A DNA stretch of 64,000 nucleotides, taken from assembly GCA_963847815.1 (NCBI GenBank), contig CAWKBF010000001.1, positions 20,773 to 84,772 of the forward strand, in the 5' to 3' direction. Positions 21,621 to 31,624 of this stretch are shown here, one piece after another; positions within the stretch are counted from its first letter, which is position 1; each line of letters starts with the position of its first letter. Below the pieces are notes generated by a model. The model was not told the DNA's origin and searched no databases. It saw only the letters and a list, made by a program, of their open reading frames with translations. The DNA is from an uncultured Acidimicrobiia bacterium. Lineage in GTDB: Bacteria; Actinomycetota; Acidimicrobiia; IMCC26256; JAENVU01. The position numbers were made by a program, and so were the translations under genes.

Positions 21621-23147
21621 ATGGTGGGCGTGGCCCCGAAGAACGTCGTCGTCGTGCTGCTCGACAGCTTGAACCGGCACCTCCTCGGCTCGTACGGGAG
21701 CGGTGAGTTCGACACCCCGGTGCTCGATCAGTTCGCGAAGCGGTCGACGCGCTTCACGCGCCACCACACGGGATCGCTGCCGTGCATTCCGGCTCGCCAC
21801 GACATCCTCTGCGGCGCGCTCGACTTCCTGTGGCGACCATGGGGATCGATCGAGGTGTGGGAGGACTCGATCGTGCACCAGCTGCGCCGAGCCAACGTCA
21901 CGACGATGCTGCTCACCGATCACCCGCACCTCTTCGAGGTCGGCGGCGAGAACTACCACACCGATTTCGACGCATGGGACTACCAGCGGGGCCACGAGAG
22001 TGACCCGTGGCGCACTCGCGCGGATCCTTCGTGGTTGGGCGCCCCCGCGTTGCCTGCCGCGGCCGGGCAGCTGCCGCATCACTACGACCAGTCGCGCACG
22101 TGGTTTCGCAACGAAGCCGACTTCCCCGGACCGCGCACGATGGCCGCTGCCGCGCAGTGGCTCGAGCACGACGCGCCGGCCGACGAGCCGTTCTTCCTGT
22201 TCGTCGACGAGTTCGACCCGCACGAGCCGTTCGACACCCCGGAACCGTGGGCGTCGCGTTACTTCGATGTCGGCGACGACGAGGATCGTCTGATCTGGCC
22301 GCCGTATGCGGTCGACGCAATGGCCAAGGGGATTCTCGACGAGCGCTCGGCGCGACAGATCCGGTCGAACTACGGATCGAAGCTGTCGATGATCGACCAC
22401 TGGTTCGGTCAGATCGTCGGCGCGCTCGACCGCACGAGCCGGTGGGACGACACCGCGGTGATCGTGTGCACCGACCACGGCCACTACCTCGGCGAGAAGG
22501 ACATCTGGGGCAAGCCGGGGGTACCGGTCTACGAGCCGCTCGGTCACATGCCGCTGCTGATCGCGTGGCCGGGCGTCGAGCCCAGGGTGGTCGACACGCT
22601 CACGACGTCGGTCGACCTGTTCGCAACCCTGGCCGACGTCTTCGATGTGATGGTGCCGCAGCGCACGCACGGGCACTCGCTGGTCCCGGTGCTCGAAGGC
22701 CATGAGACGACGGTGCGCGACTTCGCCCTCACTGGGGTATGGGGACGAGAGGTGCACGTGACCGACGGTCACCGGAAGTACGCCCGGGCACCGGTGTCGA
22801 ACAACCAGCCGCTCTTCGTGTGGTCGAACCGGTGGTCGACGATGCCGGTGCCTGCGTTCCCGGACCTGCGCCTGCCGCGCCCGGATCGACGCGCGCGGCT
22901 CGACTTCATGCCCGGGACCGACGTGCCGGTCATCCGCCAACCGTTCGAGGAAGGTGACCCGATGCCGCTGTGGGCCGCGATGGGTCGCGAACGGGACCAC
23001 CTGCTCTTCGACCTCGACGAGGACCCGGGCGAAGATCGCAACCTCGCCGGATCGAAGTTGGAGTCCGACGCCGAGGAGCTGCTGCGCGTCGCGCTTGCGT
23101 CGGTCGACGCACCAACCGAGCAGTTCGAACGCCTCGGCTTGAGCTGA
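21621..23147 (+). CDS. Sulfatase-family protein
   Basis: This is ATG 21621 within the long ORF 20295..23147. The motifs are VVVLLDSLNRH, the formylglycine-type motif SLPCIPARHD and CTDHGHYLGE. The frame is uninterrupted. Confidence 0.9.
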   Translation: MVGVAPKNVVVVLLDSLNRHLLGSYGSGEFDTPVLDQFAKRSTRFTRHHTGSLPCIPARHDILCGALDFLWRPWGSIEVWEDSIVHQLRRANVTTMLLTDHPHLFEVGGENYHTDFDAWDYQRGHESDPWRTRADPSWLGAPALPAAAGQLPHHYDQSRTWFRNEADFPGPRTMAAAAQWLEHDAPADEPFFLFVDEFDPHEPFDTPEPWASRYFDVGDDEDRLIWPPYAVDAMAKGILDERSARQIRSNYGSKLSMIDHWFGQIVGALDRTSRWDDTAVIVCTDHGHYLGEKDIWGKPGVPVYEPLGHMPLLIAWPGVEPRVVDTLTTSVDLFATLADVFDVMVPQRTHGHSLVPVLEGHETTVRDFALTGVWGREVHVTDGHRKYARAPVSNNQPLFVWSNRWSTMPVPAFPDLRLPRPDRRARLDFMPGTDVPVIRQPFEEGDPMPLWAAMGRERDHLLFDLDEDPGEDRNLAGSKLESDAEELLRVALASVDAPTEQFERLGLS

Positions 23148-23203
23148 TTGGCCGTTGGGCCTCGGTGGACCGAGACTCGGGGGAGTCGGTACGTTCGGCG
23201 GTC

Positions 23204-25543
23204 ATGGTCGAAGCTGCGGCACCCCGGGTTCTCGATACGACCACGGGGATCGCCGGCGCGTACGGGGCGCTGCTGTTGCACCAGGCCGGGGCCGACGTGG
23301 TGCGCGCCGCTCGCGCCGCAGATGACCCGCAGCTTCCGGTCGGCTCCCCGCTCTACCGCTACCTGCGCCAGGGTCAGGGTCTGGTGCAGCTCAACGGCAC
23401 GTCGCCGGGCGACGCCGGCGCTGACGTGTGGCTCGCGACGCCTGCGCCCGACGAGCGGGACGCGCTCAATGAGATCGCGGCCGCGCAGCCGGGACTCGTC
23501 ATCGTCGCCATCACTCCCTACGGGCTCGAAGGTCCGTACCGCGATCGGCCCGCCTCTGATCTGACGTTGCAGGCCGACAGTGGTGCGCTTGCGGTCCGTG
23601 GCAAAGCCGGCGAAGAGCCGATCCAGATGGGTGGCCGCACGGTCGAGTGGCTCGCCGGTGCGTTTGCTGCGGCGACCGCACTCGCGCAGTGGCGCGGCCG
23701 GCGCGCCGGCGGACCCGGCGCGTTCGTCGACATCTCGCTCGCCGAGGTCGCCAACGTCGGCGCGGCCAACTTCATGGATGTCTTCCACGCCATCGAGCCG
23801 GGAGTCGACGGCGAGCCCACCACACCGCCACGCGTCTTCGAGACGCCGTCGATCGAGCGCACCTTGGACGGCTGGGTCGGCTTCAACACGAACGCGCCGC
23901 ACCAGATCGACGGCTTCCTCCGCATGATGGGACGCGACGACCTCGCCGACAGCGGAGAGTTCTCGTACTCCGGCAGCCGCATGAGCCGCATCGATGAGTG
24001 GCAGCCGCTCGTCACCGCGTGGACCTCGGTGCGCACCAGCGACGAGATCATCGAAGCCGCGCTCGCCCACAATGTTCCTGTCGCGCCGGTGTGCGACGGT
24101 CGGGCGGTGGTGCAGCTCGATCACGTCGTCGCACGTAAGAGCCTCGCGAACGACCCCAGGGGACAGTTCCAGATGCCCCGCCGGCCGTGGCGGATCAACG
24201 ACGACCGCGGACCCGCGCCGGAACCGGCCGTCGACCTGACGGATGCACCACACGCGCTCCCGCACTGGGCGGAACCGCGGGCGAAGGTGCTTGCGCCCGG
24301 TGCTGCGACTCCGGTGGGCAAGCCGCTCACCGGCTTGCGGGTTCTCGATCTCACCGCCTGGTGGGCCGGACCGTCGGCCACGGCGTTGCTGGCCGCGTTC
24401 GGCGCCGACGTGATCCACGTCGAAGGGCCGGCGCGCATGGACGGCATGCGCATGGTCGGCATGTCGTTCGCCGGTCATGACAAATGGTGGGAGCGCAGCC
24501 CGTTCTTCCTCACGATCAACGTGAACAAGCGGGATCTCGTCCTCGACATCACCTCTCCACGCGGGCGGGAGGTCGCGCTCGAGCTCATCAAGCAGGTCGA
24601 CATCGTGGTGGAGAACTTCACACCCCGCGTCCTGGACAAGCTCGACCTGGGCTGGGATGCGGTGCATGCGGCCAACCCACAAGTGATCCAGGTCCGCATG
24701 CCCGCGTTCGGACTCGACGGTCCCTGGCGCGAACGCCCGGGGTTCGCGCAGAACATCGAGCAGGCCACGAGCCTTGCGTGGGTCACGGGTCGCGCCGACG
24801 ACCAGCCCCGGATCCAACGCGGCCCGTGCGACCCGAACGGCGGACTGCACGCGGTGATCGGGTTGCTCCAGACGCTCGACATCCGGGACCGGACGGGTGA
24901 AGGCAGCCTCGTCGAGGCGTCGCTGTTCGACGCCGCGCTCCCGCTCGCGTCGGAGGCGATCATCGAGTGGACGGCCAACCAGAGACTGCTCGAGCGCGAT
25001 GGCAACCGCAGCGCGCTTGCCGCGCCGCAGGGCGTGTACCGGTGCGACGGGTTCGACGCGTGGCTCGCGGTGTCGGCCACCACCGACGAGGAGTGGCGGT
25101 CGCTCGCCACGGTCATCAGGCGCCCGGATCTCGCCGAGGACTCCGACTTCGCGACGCTCGCCGGCCGTCGCTTGCAGCACGACCGGCTCGACGACGCGCT
25201 CAACGCGTGGGCTTCGGTGCATGAGCTCACCGATGCGGTCGAGCAGCTGATCGCGGCGGGCATTCCGGCCGCGCCCGCTCGCGACCCCCGCCTCACCGTG
25301 CGGCACCCGCAGTTCGCGGCCCGTGGCTTCCATCAGATCGTCGACAACCCCGTCGACGGGCCGCTGCCGATCCCGACGCAACCCTTCCGGGTCCGTGGGG
25401 TCGACCGGTGGATCGAGAGTCCGGCTCCGCAGTTCAGCCAACACACCGACGAGGTGCTGAACGAGCTGCTCGGACTGACCGACGCCGAGCTCGCCCACCT
25501 GCGGGCCGACGGCACCATCGCCGACCGCCCGGTCGGCATGTGA
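23204..25543 (+). CDS. Tandem (duplicated) family III CoA-transferase (CaiB/BaiF type)
   Basis: This is ORF 22970..25543 with the start at ATG 23204 (MVEAAAPRVLD). There are two CoA-transferase-III-like halves. The second begins LTGLRVLDLTAWWAGPSATALLAAFGADVIHVE and contains VENFTPRVLDKLDL. The 779 aa are uninterrupted. Confidence 0.85.
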   Translation: MVEAAAPRVLDTTTGIAGAYGALLLHQAGADVVRAARAADDPQLPVGSPLYRYLRQGQGLVQLNGTSPGDAGADVWLATPAPDERDALNEIAAAQPGLVIVAITPYGLEGPYRDRPASDLTLQADSGALAVRGKAGEEPIQMGGRTVEWLAGAFAAATALAQWRGRRAGGPGAFVDISLAEVANVGAANFMDVFHAIEPGVDGEPTTPPRVFETPSIERTLDGWVGFNTNAPHQIDGFLRMMGRDDLADSGEFSYSGSRMSRIDEWQPLVTAWTSVRTSDEIIEAALAHNVPVAPVCDGRAVVQLDHVVARKSLANDPRGQFQMPRRPWRINDDRGPAPEPAVDLTDAPHALPHWAEPRAKVLAPGAATPVGKPLTGLRVLDLTAWWAGPSATALLAAFGADVIHVEGPARMDGMRMVGMSFAGHDKWWERSPFFLTINVNKRDLVLDITSPRGREVALELIKQVDIVVENFTPRVLDKLDLGWDAVHAANPQVIQVRMPAFGLDGPWRERPGFAQNIEQATSLAWVTGRADDQPRIQRGPCDPNGGLHAVIGLLQTLDIRDRTGEGSLVEASLFDAALPLASEAIIEWTANQRLLERDGNRSALAAPQGVYRCDGFDAWLAVSATTDEEWRSLATVIRRPDLAEDSDFATLAGRRLQHDRLDDALNAWASVHELTDAVEQLIAAGIPAAPARDPRLTVRHPQFAARGFHQIVDNPVDGPLPIPTQPFRVRGVDRWIESPAPQFSQHTDEVLNELLGLTDAELAHLRADGTIADRPVGM

Positions 25544-25571
25544 GCGTGCGACCAGTGACGAGGAGCTGTGT

Positions 25572-26738
25572 GTGACTGATCTGTTCGACCGCTACCGGGT
25601 GATCGACGTGGACACCCACCTCACCGAGCCGCCCGACGTGTGGACCGCGCGCATGCCGGCCGCGCTCCACGACGTCGTCCCGCACATCGAGCGCGTCGAC
25701 GGTCGCGACATCTGGATGGCCGACGGCAACTACATCGGTGCGCCCGGCTTCTATTCGATGGCCGGCTTCGACGGCGTGCTCCCCGCGCAGGTGCCCGCGA
25801 CCTACGACGAGATCGCGCCCGCCATGTACGACTCCAACGCCCGGGTGAAGCTGCTCGACGAAGAGGGGATCCAGGCGCAGGTCCTCTACCCGAACGTCGG
25901 TGGCTTCGGGAACGGCTACTTCACGAAGCTCGGTGACCCGGAGCTCGTGCTCTCGTGCGTGCAGGCCTACAACGACTTCCTCACCGACTGGTGCAGCGTC
26001 GCTCCCGATCGCCTGGTCGCGATCACCGCGCTCCCGTTCTGGGACGTGGACCTCGCGGTTGCAGAGCTGCACCGATGCGTCGCGAACGGCCACCGCGCGG
26101 TCAACTTCTGCAACCAGCCCGGCGACTACGGCCAGCCCCCGCTCGCGCACCCGCACTGGGATCCGATCTGGGCCGCGGCGCAGGAAGCCGGCGTGTCGGT
26201 GAGCTTCCACGTCGGCGGCGGATCGATGGGCACTCAGTTCGACGACGTGGCCGAGATGGGGTGGATGACGAACTTCGCCAAGGTGTCGTCGCTGATCTTT
26301 CTCGACAACATCCGCTGCGTCACCGAGCTGATCTTCGGCGGCGTGTGCCACCGCTTCCCGGACCTCAAGCTCGTGTCGGTGGAGTCGGGCGTCGGCTGGA
26401 TTCCGAGCACGCTCGAGACCTGCAACTGGCAGTGGCGCAACGGGGGAGTTCTCGACGAGCACCCCGAGTACGACCTGCTGCCGAGCGAGTACTTCGAGCG
26501 CCAGGTGTACGGCTGCTTCTGGTTCGAAGAGGACTCCGCGGTCAGCGCCATCGGTCGCTACCCGAACAACATCCTCTACGAGACCGACTATCCACACCCC
26601 ACGTGCCAGCATCCCGGTCCGCGCACACCGGCGCAGCGACCGCGCGAGTACGCAAGCCGTGTGCTCGGTGGCCTCAGCGACGACGTGCTGGCGAAGGTGC
26701 TCCACGACAACGCGGCGAAGGTGTACGGCCTCGCGTGA
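25572..26738 (+). CDS. Amidohydrolase-2 family (ACMSD/LigW-like metal-dependent hydrolase or decarboxylase)
   Basis: This is ORF 25572..26738 with a GTG start and an AGGAG RBS at 25561-25565. The motifs are VIDVDTHLTEP, SFHVGGG and YETDYPHP. Confidence 0.9.
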   Translation: MTDLFDRYRVIDVDTHLTEPPDVWTARMPAALHDVVPHIERVDGRDIWMADGNYIGAPGFYSMAGFDGVLPAQVPATYDEIAPAMYDSNARVKLLDEEGIQAQVLYPNVGGFGNGYFTKLGDPELVLSCVQAYNDFLTDWCSVAPDRLVAITALPFWDVDLAVAELHRCVANGHRAVNFCNQPGDYGQPPLAHPHWDPIWAAAQEAGVSVSFHVGGGSMGTQFDDVAEMGWMTNFAKVSSLIFLDNIRCVTELIFGGVCHRFPDLKLVSVESGVGWIPSTLETCNWQWRNGGVLDEHPEYDLLPSEYFERQVYGCFWFEEDSAVSAIGRYPNNILYETDYPHPTCQHPGPRTPAQRPREYASRVLGGLSDDVLAKVLHDNAAKVYGLA

Positions 26739-27522
26739 GTGACTCGGAGCTCGATCTCATCGCCCCGGACTTCGGTTCGCCGAACATCCGCGCCGTGGTG
26801 CGTGGTCGCGTGCTGCACCTGCGCATCGACCGCCCGGAACGGCGCAACGCCTTCACCCAGGACATGTACCGCGCCATCAAGCGCGCCGCAGTCTGGAGTG
26901 ACGACCAGGCTGAGCTCGACGCGGTCTGCCTCACCGGGACCGATGAGTGGTTCGGAGCCGGTGGCGACATGTCCGGGCACTCGGACGACCCCGAAGGGCT
27001 CGCCAACGAGTGGGATCCCACCGACCAGTTCCCGTTCCGCCACATCGAACGCTGTTCGAAGCTGTGGATCGCGCGGGTCAACGGCCTGTGTCACGCAGGC
27101 GGTCTCGTGCTCACGGTGCACTGCGACGTTTCGATCGCGTCGGATCGCGCCCGGTTCCGCGCCCCGAGCTGCTGCGCGGCATCCCCGACCCGTTCCTCAC
27201 CTCACGTCTGACCGAGGTCGTCGGTCTCGCACGCGCGCGGTACCTGCTCTTCAGTGCCCAGGAGATCTCCGCGGCGGAAGCCGGCGCGATGGGTCTCGTC
27301 GGTGTGGTCGTCCCGCACGACGAGCTCGACGCACACGTCGACGCGGCCATCGCGCAGATTGCGTTGACCGGTCCGGCGGCGCGAGCGGCAGTGAAGCGCG
27401 AGCTCAACCAGCGTCTGCCGCCCGTCGACGTCGGTCTCTTCTACCGTGCGATCCGGTCGGCCGAGATGGTCGAAGGGATGGCGTCGTTCATCGAGAAGCG
27501 CCCACCGTCCTGGCCGCGCTGA
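26735..27522 (+). pseudogene. Enoyl-CoA hydratase/isomerase (crotonase fold) with one frame change
   Basis: GTG 26735 overlaps the preceding stop (GTGA). Crotonase sequence (RIDRPERRNAFT, WFGAGGDMS, ARVNGLCHAGGL) runs up to SDRARFR. It continues as PELLRGIPDPFLTSRLTEVVGLARARYLLFSAQEISAAEA in ORF 26947..27522. One base appears to be missing from the C-run at 27162-27165. Confidence 0.8.
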
Positions 27523-27651
27523 CGGACGTGCAGGGATCGGCTCGGGACGCACCGGGTGCTTCCTACTGACTCGCGAGTTTCCGTGTCCGCGGCAAACGCC
27601 CGTAAGGTCGGGGGTTGAACGGCTGAACGGCCCATCAACCAGGGAGTCGGA

Positions 27652-28047
27652 GTGACCGAGCAGATCTCATTGGTGGACTACCTGGTGCTGGGCGACGAGC
27701 CCCATCTCGTTGCCAACGAGTGCACGGCGTGTGGCGCGCGGTTCTTCGACCGCCGCAACGCGTGCGCCGAGTGCAGCGGCACGGAGTTCCGTCCGGCGGA
27801 CATCCCGACCGAGGGCGAGCTGCGCACCTTCACGATCGTCGCCTTCGCGGCGCCCGGCATCCCGGTGCCGTTCGTGGCCGGCGTGGTCGACTGCGGCGGT
27901 ACCAGCGTGCGCGCCAACATCGTGGACATCGAGCCGGACGCCGAGCACGTTGAGCTCGGCATGAAGGTCAAGCTGAAGACGTTCCCGATCGGGACCGACA
28001 CCGCGGGCACCGAGGCCATCGGCTTCGCATTCGCCCCACTGAGCTGA
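27652..28047 (+). CDS. Zn-ribbon / OB-fold protein (DUF35 family)
   Basis: This is ORF 27652..28047 with a GTG start and an AGGGAG RBS. It has four Cys arranged CTACGARFFDRRNACAECSG, followed by an OB-fold-like region. Confidence 0.85.
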   Translation: MTEQISLVDYLVLGDEPHLVANECTACGARFFDRRNACAECSGTEFRPADIPTEGELRTFTIVAFAAPGIPVPFVAGVVDCGGTSVRANIVDIEPDAEHVELGMKVKLKTFPIGTDTAGTEAIGFAFAPLS

Positions 28048-28057
28048 GAGGGCCGAC

Positions 28058-29254
28058 ATGGCTGAAGACGTCTGGATCCTGGGCATCACCATGACCAAGT
28101 TCGGGAAGCACCCGGACGAAGACGCGATCGACCTCGCGTCGGAGGCCGCGCTCGGTGCGCTCGCCGATGCAGGGGTGACGATGAAAGATGTCGGCGTCCT
28201 CGGGTTCGGCAACCTGATGCGCGCGGCCGAGGGCCAGCAGCTGCAGAAGCAGATCGGACAGACCGGCATCCCGGTCTTCAACGTGAGCAACGCCTGCGCT
28301 ACCGGCGCGACTGCGTTGCGCACCGCCATCATGGCGATCAAGGCGGGGGAGACCGACTGCGGTCTCGCGGTCGGCGTCGAGAAGCTCTCCGGCGCGGGCC
28401 TGCTCGCGGGTGGCGCCCGGAAGTCCGACTCCGACACCTGGGAGCGGAAGGGTCGGTACGGCGCGGTTGCGTCGGTCGACGGTCGCATCGGCACCGAGAT
28501 CATGCCGGGCGTGTTCGCGCAGATCGGCCAGGAGTACGGGCACCGCTACGGCGGCGCAAGCTTCGAGCTGTTCGCCCGCATCAGCGAGAAGAACCACGCG
28601 CACTCGACGCTCAACCCGCTCGCGGCCTACACCAAGCGGATGAGCCTCGACGAGATCATGAACGACGTGATGATCGCCTACCCGAACACGCGCCCGATGT
28701 GCTCCGCGAACTGCGACGGAGCGGCGGCCGCGGTGGTGGTGAGCGACGCCAAGCTCAAGACGCTGTCGCTCTCGCAGCAGCGTCGCGCGGTGAAGGTCTC
28801 CGCGTCGATCCTCACGAGCGACCCGTTCGAGGAAGGCTGCCAGGTGCTCCCCGACGTGAACACGCTGACGAAGAACGCGGCGAAGCTGGCGTACGAGCAG
28901 GCGGGCGTCGGCCCGGAGGATCTGGACCTCGTGGAGCTCCACGACTGCTTCGCGACGGCCGAGCTCGTCCACTACGACAACTTGGGTCTCTGCGAAGAGG
29001 GCGGCGCGGTCGACCTGTTCGAGTCGGGTGCCACCTGGCGCGACGGCAGCATGCCGGTCAACGTCTCGGGCGGCCTGGAGTCCAAGGGTCACCCGATTGC
29101 CGCCACCGGCATCGCCAACATCTGGGAGGTGGCCACCCACCTCCGCGGCGAGGCCGGCGACCGTCAGATCGAAGGTGCACGCGTGGGTCTCGCGCACGTC
29201 ATCGGCCTCGGCTCGTCCTGTGGCGTGCACATCCTGGAGAGCTCCGCCGCCTGA
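28058..29254 (+). CDS. Thiolase-like lipid-transfer protein (SCP-x type)
   Basis: This is ORF 28058..29254, starting 10 bp after the DUF35 gene. The motifs are NVSNACATGATAL (active-site Cys region), VELHDCFA and GGLESKGHPIAATG. Confidence 0.9.
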   Translation: MAEDVWILGITMTKFGKHPDEDAIDLASEAALGALADAGVTMKDVGVLGFGNLMRAAEGQQLQKQIGQTGIPVFNVSNACATGATALRTAIMAIKAGETDCGLAVGVEKLSGAGLLAGGARKSDSDTWERKGRYGAVASVDGRIGTEIMPGVFAQIGQEYGHRYGGASFELFARISEKNHAHSTLNPLAAYTKRMSLDEIMNDVMIAYPNTRPMCSANCDGAAAAVVVSDAKLKTLSLSQQRRAVKVSASILTSDPFEEGCQVLPDVNTLTKNAAKLAYEQAGVGPEDLDLVELHDCFATAELVHYDNLGLCEEGGAVDLFESGATWRDGSMPVNVSGGLESKGHPIAATGIANIWEVATHLRGEAGDRQIEGARVGLAHVIGLGSSCGVHILESSAA

Positions 29255-29373
29255 TCGAAGCGCGCCGGATCGAAGGCACGCGGCGGGACAACAAACCTTG
29301 TCCGAACCTTTACCGGGTGCGTCCGGTGGAAGTGTCCGCAGGTTCGTAAGTTCTTCGTGTGGAGTCCCAAGGC

Positions 29374-30321
29374 ATGGATGCCGAACCCCGCGAGACGATC
29401 CGCGTGGCCTTCATCGCGGGTACGAGCTGGTCGGGGAGCACGCTGCTCGAGCAGGCGCTGGCGCAGCTCGACGGGTGCGTCAGCATCGGCGAGCCGTTCT
29501 GGGTGTGGGATCCCAACTGGCCGAGGATGGTCTGCGAGTGTGGGCGGGAGTTCCGCTCGTGCGACTTCTGGCAGACGGTGCTCACCGAGGCGTACGGCGG
29601 CGCGCACGAATCGATGCGTGCGGAGATCCACGGTCGCAGCCGTGGCCTGTGGGGGCATTCCCTCGTTGCCACGCTTGCCAACTCCCGCTCGAAGCTCCAT
29701 CCCAAGGAGGCGCTCGACGAGCTGAGCACGCTGGTCGAACCGCTGTACCGAGCGTTCGCGTCGGTCAGTGGTGCGTCGACGATCGTGGACGCGTCGAAGT
29801 CTGGGCTCTGGGGTGTCGTCGCCGAGCACGCGCCTGCGATCGATCTCCGCGTGATCCATCTCGTCCGCAACCCGGTCGCATACCTCGCGTCGGACGGCCG
29901 CTGCCGTGAGGTTCCATACCCCCGAGGCGCGACCCGTCCGCCGCGACCGCAGTACCGGTCATTGGCCACGTGGCTCATGTTGCACCTCGAGGCGCAGATC
30001 CTGTCGTCGCGAGATCCGGAGAGCCTGATCGTGATCTACGAGGAGATGGTGCAGGCGCCGGTCGCGACGATCGCGCGCGTCGCCCGGGCGATCGGCGTCG
30101 ATGCCGAGGTCGCGCCGATCTTCGACGGGGCATCCCTGTTGGTCGGCCGCGCCGGTCACGCGATCGGCGGCAACCCCCGCCGGCCTGGGGTCGGTGGGAA
30201 CGTGATCGGGCGTGGCGACGCAACGTCGAAGCCTGACCGCATCGACCCGCTGCTGCGGCGGACGCTCATGCCGGTTGCGTGCAGCCGCTACCGGCACTAC
30301 GTCGAGGCGTCCCACTCGTAG
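29374..30321 (+). CDS. Sulfotransferase-family protein
   Basis: This is ORF 29359..30321 with the start taken at ATG 29374. It has a PAPS-loop-like AGTSWSGSTLLEQ and HLVRNPVAYLAS. The family call is by eye. Confidence 0.7.
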   Translation: MDAEPRETIRVAFIAGTSWSGSTLLEQALAQLDGCVSIGEPFWVWDPNWPRMVCECGREFRSCDFWQTVLTEAYGGAHESMRAEIHGRSRGLWGHSLVATLANSRSKLHPKEALDELSTLVEPLYRAFASVSGASTIVDASKSGLWGVVAEHAPAIDLRVIHLVRNPVAYLASDGRCREVPYPRGATRPPRPQYRSLATWLMLHLEAQILSSRDPESLIVIYEEMVQAPVATIARVARAIGVDAEVAPIFDGASLLVGRAGHAIGGNPRRPGVGGNVIGRGDATSKPDRIDPLLRRTLMPVACSRYRHYVEASHS

Positions 30322-30334
30322 GTACGCTCCGACG

Positions 30335-31189
30335 ATGCGCGTAGACATCGGCGACGAGGTGCGGCTGTTCGTCGACGTCGTGGGCGCGAGCCTCGATCCG
30401 ACACCCTCCGCAATGGTGGACAAGCCGACTCTGATGTTGCTGCACGGCGGGCCCGGCTTCGATCACTCATCGTTCCGCCCGTACTTCGACCGCTTCGCCG
30501 ACACGCACCAGGTCGTCTACTTCGATCATCGCGGGCAGGGTCGAAGCGACCAGCGCGATGACCCTTCCGGTTGGGACCTCGACACTTGGGCCGATGACGT
30601 CGTGCGGCTCGCCGACGTACTCGGGATCGAGCGTCCGGTGGTCCTCGGCACGTCGTTCGGCGGTTTCGTCGCAATCCGGTACGCGGCGCGCCACCCCGAG
30701 CATCCGGCGAAGCTCGTGCTCTCGAGCACACTCGCCCATCGGGACTACGAGCTCATCGAGTCTCGGTTCGAGGCGCGCGGTGGTGCGGTCGCGGCTGCGA
30801 GCTACCGGCGGCTCTACGTCGAGCGGGACGTGTCGCTGGAGAGCTGGCTCGAATACGCGGAGCACAACCTTCCGCTCTACAACCACACGCCCTCGGAGCT
30901 CGCGCCGTCGCGCACGCGCGAGAACTTCGAGGTCCTGGCGCACTTCCACACCCCGTTCGCGGAGATGGACCTGCGCGACGACGTTCGGCGCATCGAAGCG
31001 CCGACGCTCGTGCTCGCCGGCCGGGATGACCCGATCACGCCGCACGAATGCTCGACCGAGATCATCGGTCTGCTCTCGCCGGGGCTCGGTCAGCTGGAGA
31101 TCATCGAAGCTGCCGGCCACGGCACCTTTCGCGACCAACCGGACGAGACCGAACGCCTGCTCCGCTCGTTCCTTGCGTCAGGTGGTTGA
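30335..31189 (+). CDS. Alpha/beta hydrolase (proline-iminopeptidase-like)
   Basis: This is ORF 30212..31189 with the start at ATG 30335. The motifs are LLHGGPGFDH, the nucleophile elbow GTSFGG, and the His region AGHGTF. Confidence 0.9.
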   Translation: MRVDIGDEVRLFVDVVGASLDPTPSAMVDKPTLMLLHGGPGFDHSSFRPYFDRFADTHQVVYFDHRGQGRSDQRDDPSGWDLDTWADDVVRLADVLGIERPVVLGTSFGGFVAIRYAARHPEHPAKLVLSSTLAHRDYELIESRFEARGGAVAAASYRRLYVERDVSLESWLEYAEHNLPLYNHTPSELAPSRTRENFEVLAHFHTPFAEMDLRDDVRRIEAPTLVLAGRDDPITPHECSTEIIGLLSPGLGQLEIIEAAGHGTFRDQPDETERLLRSFLASGG

Positions 31190-31624
31190 CGCGGCAGCGC
31201 CGACTGCGGCGGCGGGCGCCTCGGACCGGACCAGATCCACCAGGTAGAACCCCAGCGAGGCGACCGCGACGACCTCCGCGAGCTTGGAGATCACGGCCTC
31301 GGTGGACCAGCTGCTCTCGGTGAACCCGAGGATGCCCGAAGTGCGGGAGAGCGCGTACGCGCCGAGCGCACCGAGTGCGAACAGCACGCCGAGCACTGCG
31401 GCCGGAGTCGCGAGCCGCTCGAAGCGCAGTGACAGCACCAGCAGCTCCGCGATGAGGAGGCCGGCGATCGCGTTCAGGGCGAACGACCGGCTGATGTCGA
31501 TGCCGGCGATGCGGTCGATGCTGATGCCGCGGTATCCACCCCAGAAATACAGGTAGAAGTGCATGTACCCGCTGACGAGCACCCCGGCGGCACCGATCAG
31601 GAGGAGTCGCTGACGCGTCGCCAT
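31178..31624 (-). CDS. Integral membrane protein of unknown function (about four TM helices)
   Basis: This is ORF 31178..31627. ATG 31624 overlaps the cupredoxin stop (TGATG). The sequence is hydrophobic throughout, and I recognise no family. Confidence 0.6.
   Translation of the reverse strand: MATRQRLLLIGAAGVLVSGYMHFYLYFWGGYRGISIDRIAGIDISRSFALNAIAGLLIAELLVLSLRFERLATPAAVLGVLFALGALGAYALSRTSGILGFTESSWSTEAVISKLAEVVAVASLGFYLVDLVRSEAPAAAVGAAASTT

Noticed and set aside
20295-23147. A 950-aa ORF that appears to fuse the ABC ATPase tail, the permease and the sulfatase.
   Set aside because: Only the short permease N-terminal piece (20763 to about 20887) and the part from ATG 21621 (sulfatase) are coding in this frame. 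The upstream part is out-of-frame read-through of the ATPase gene.
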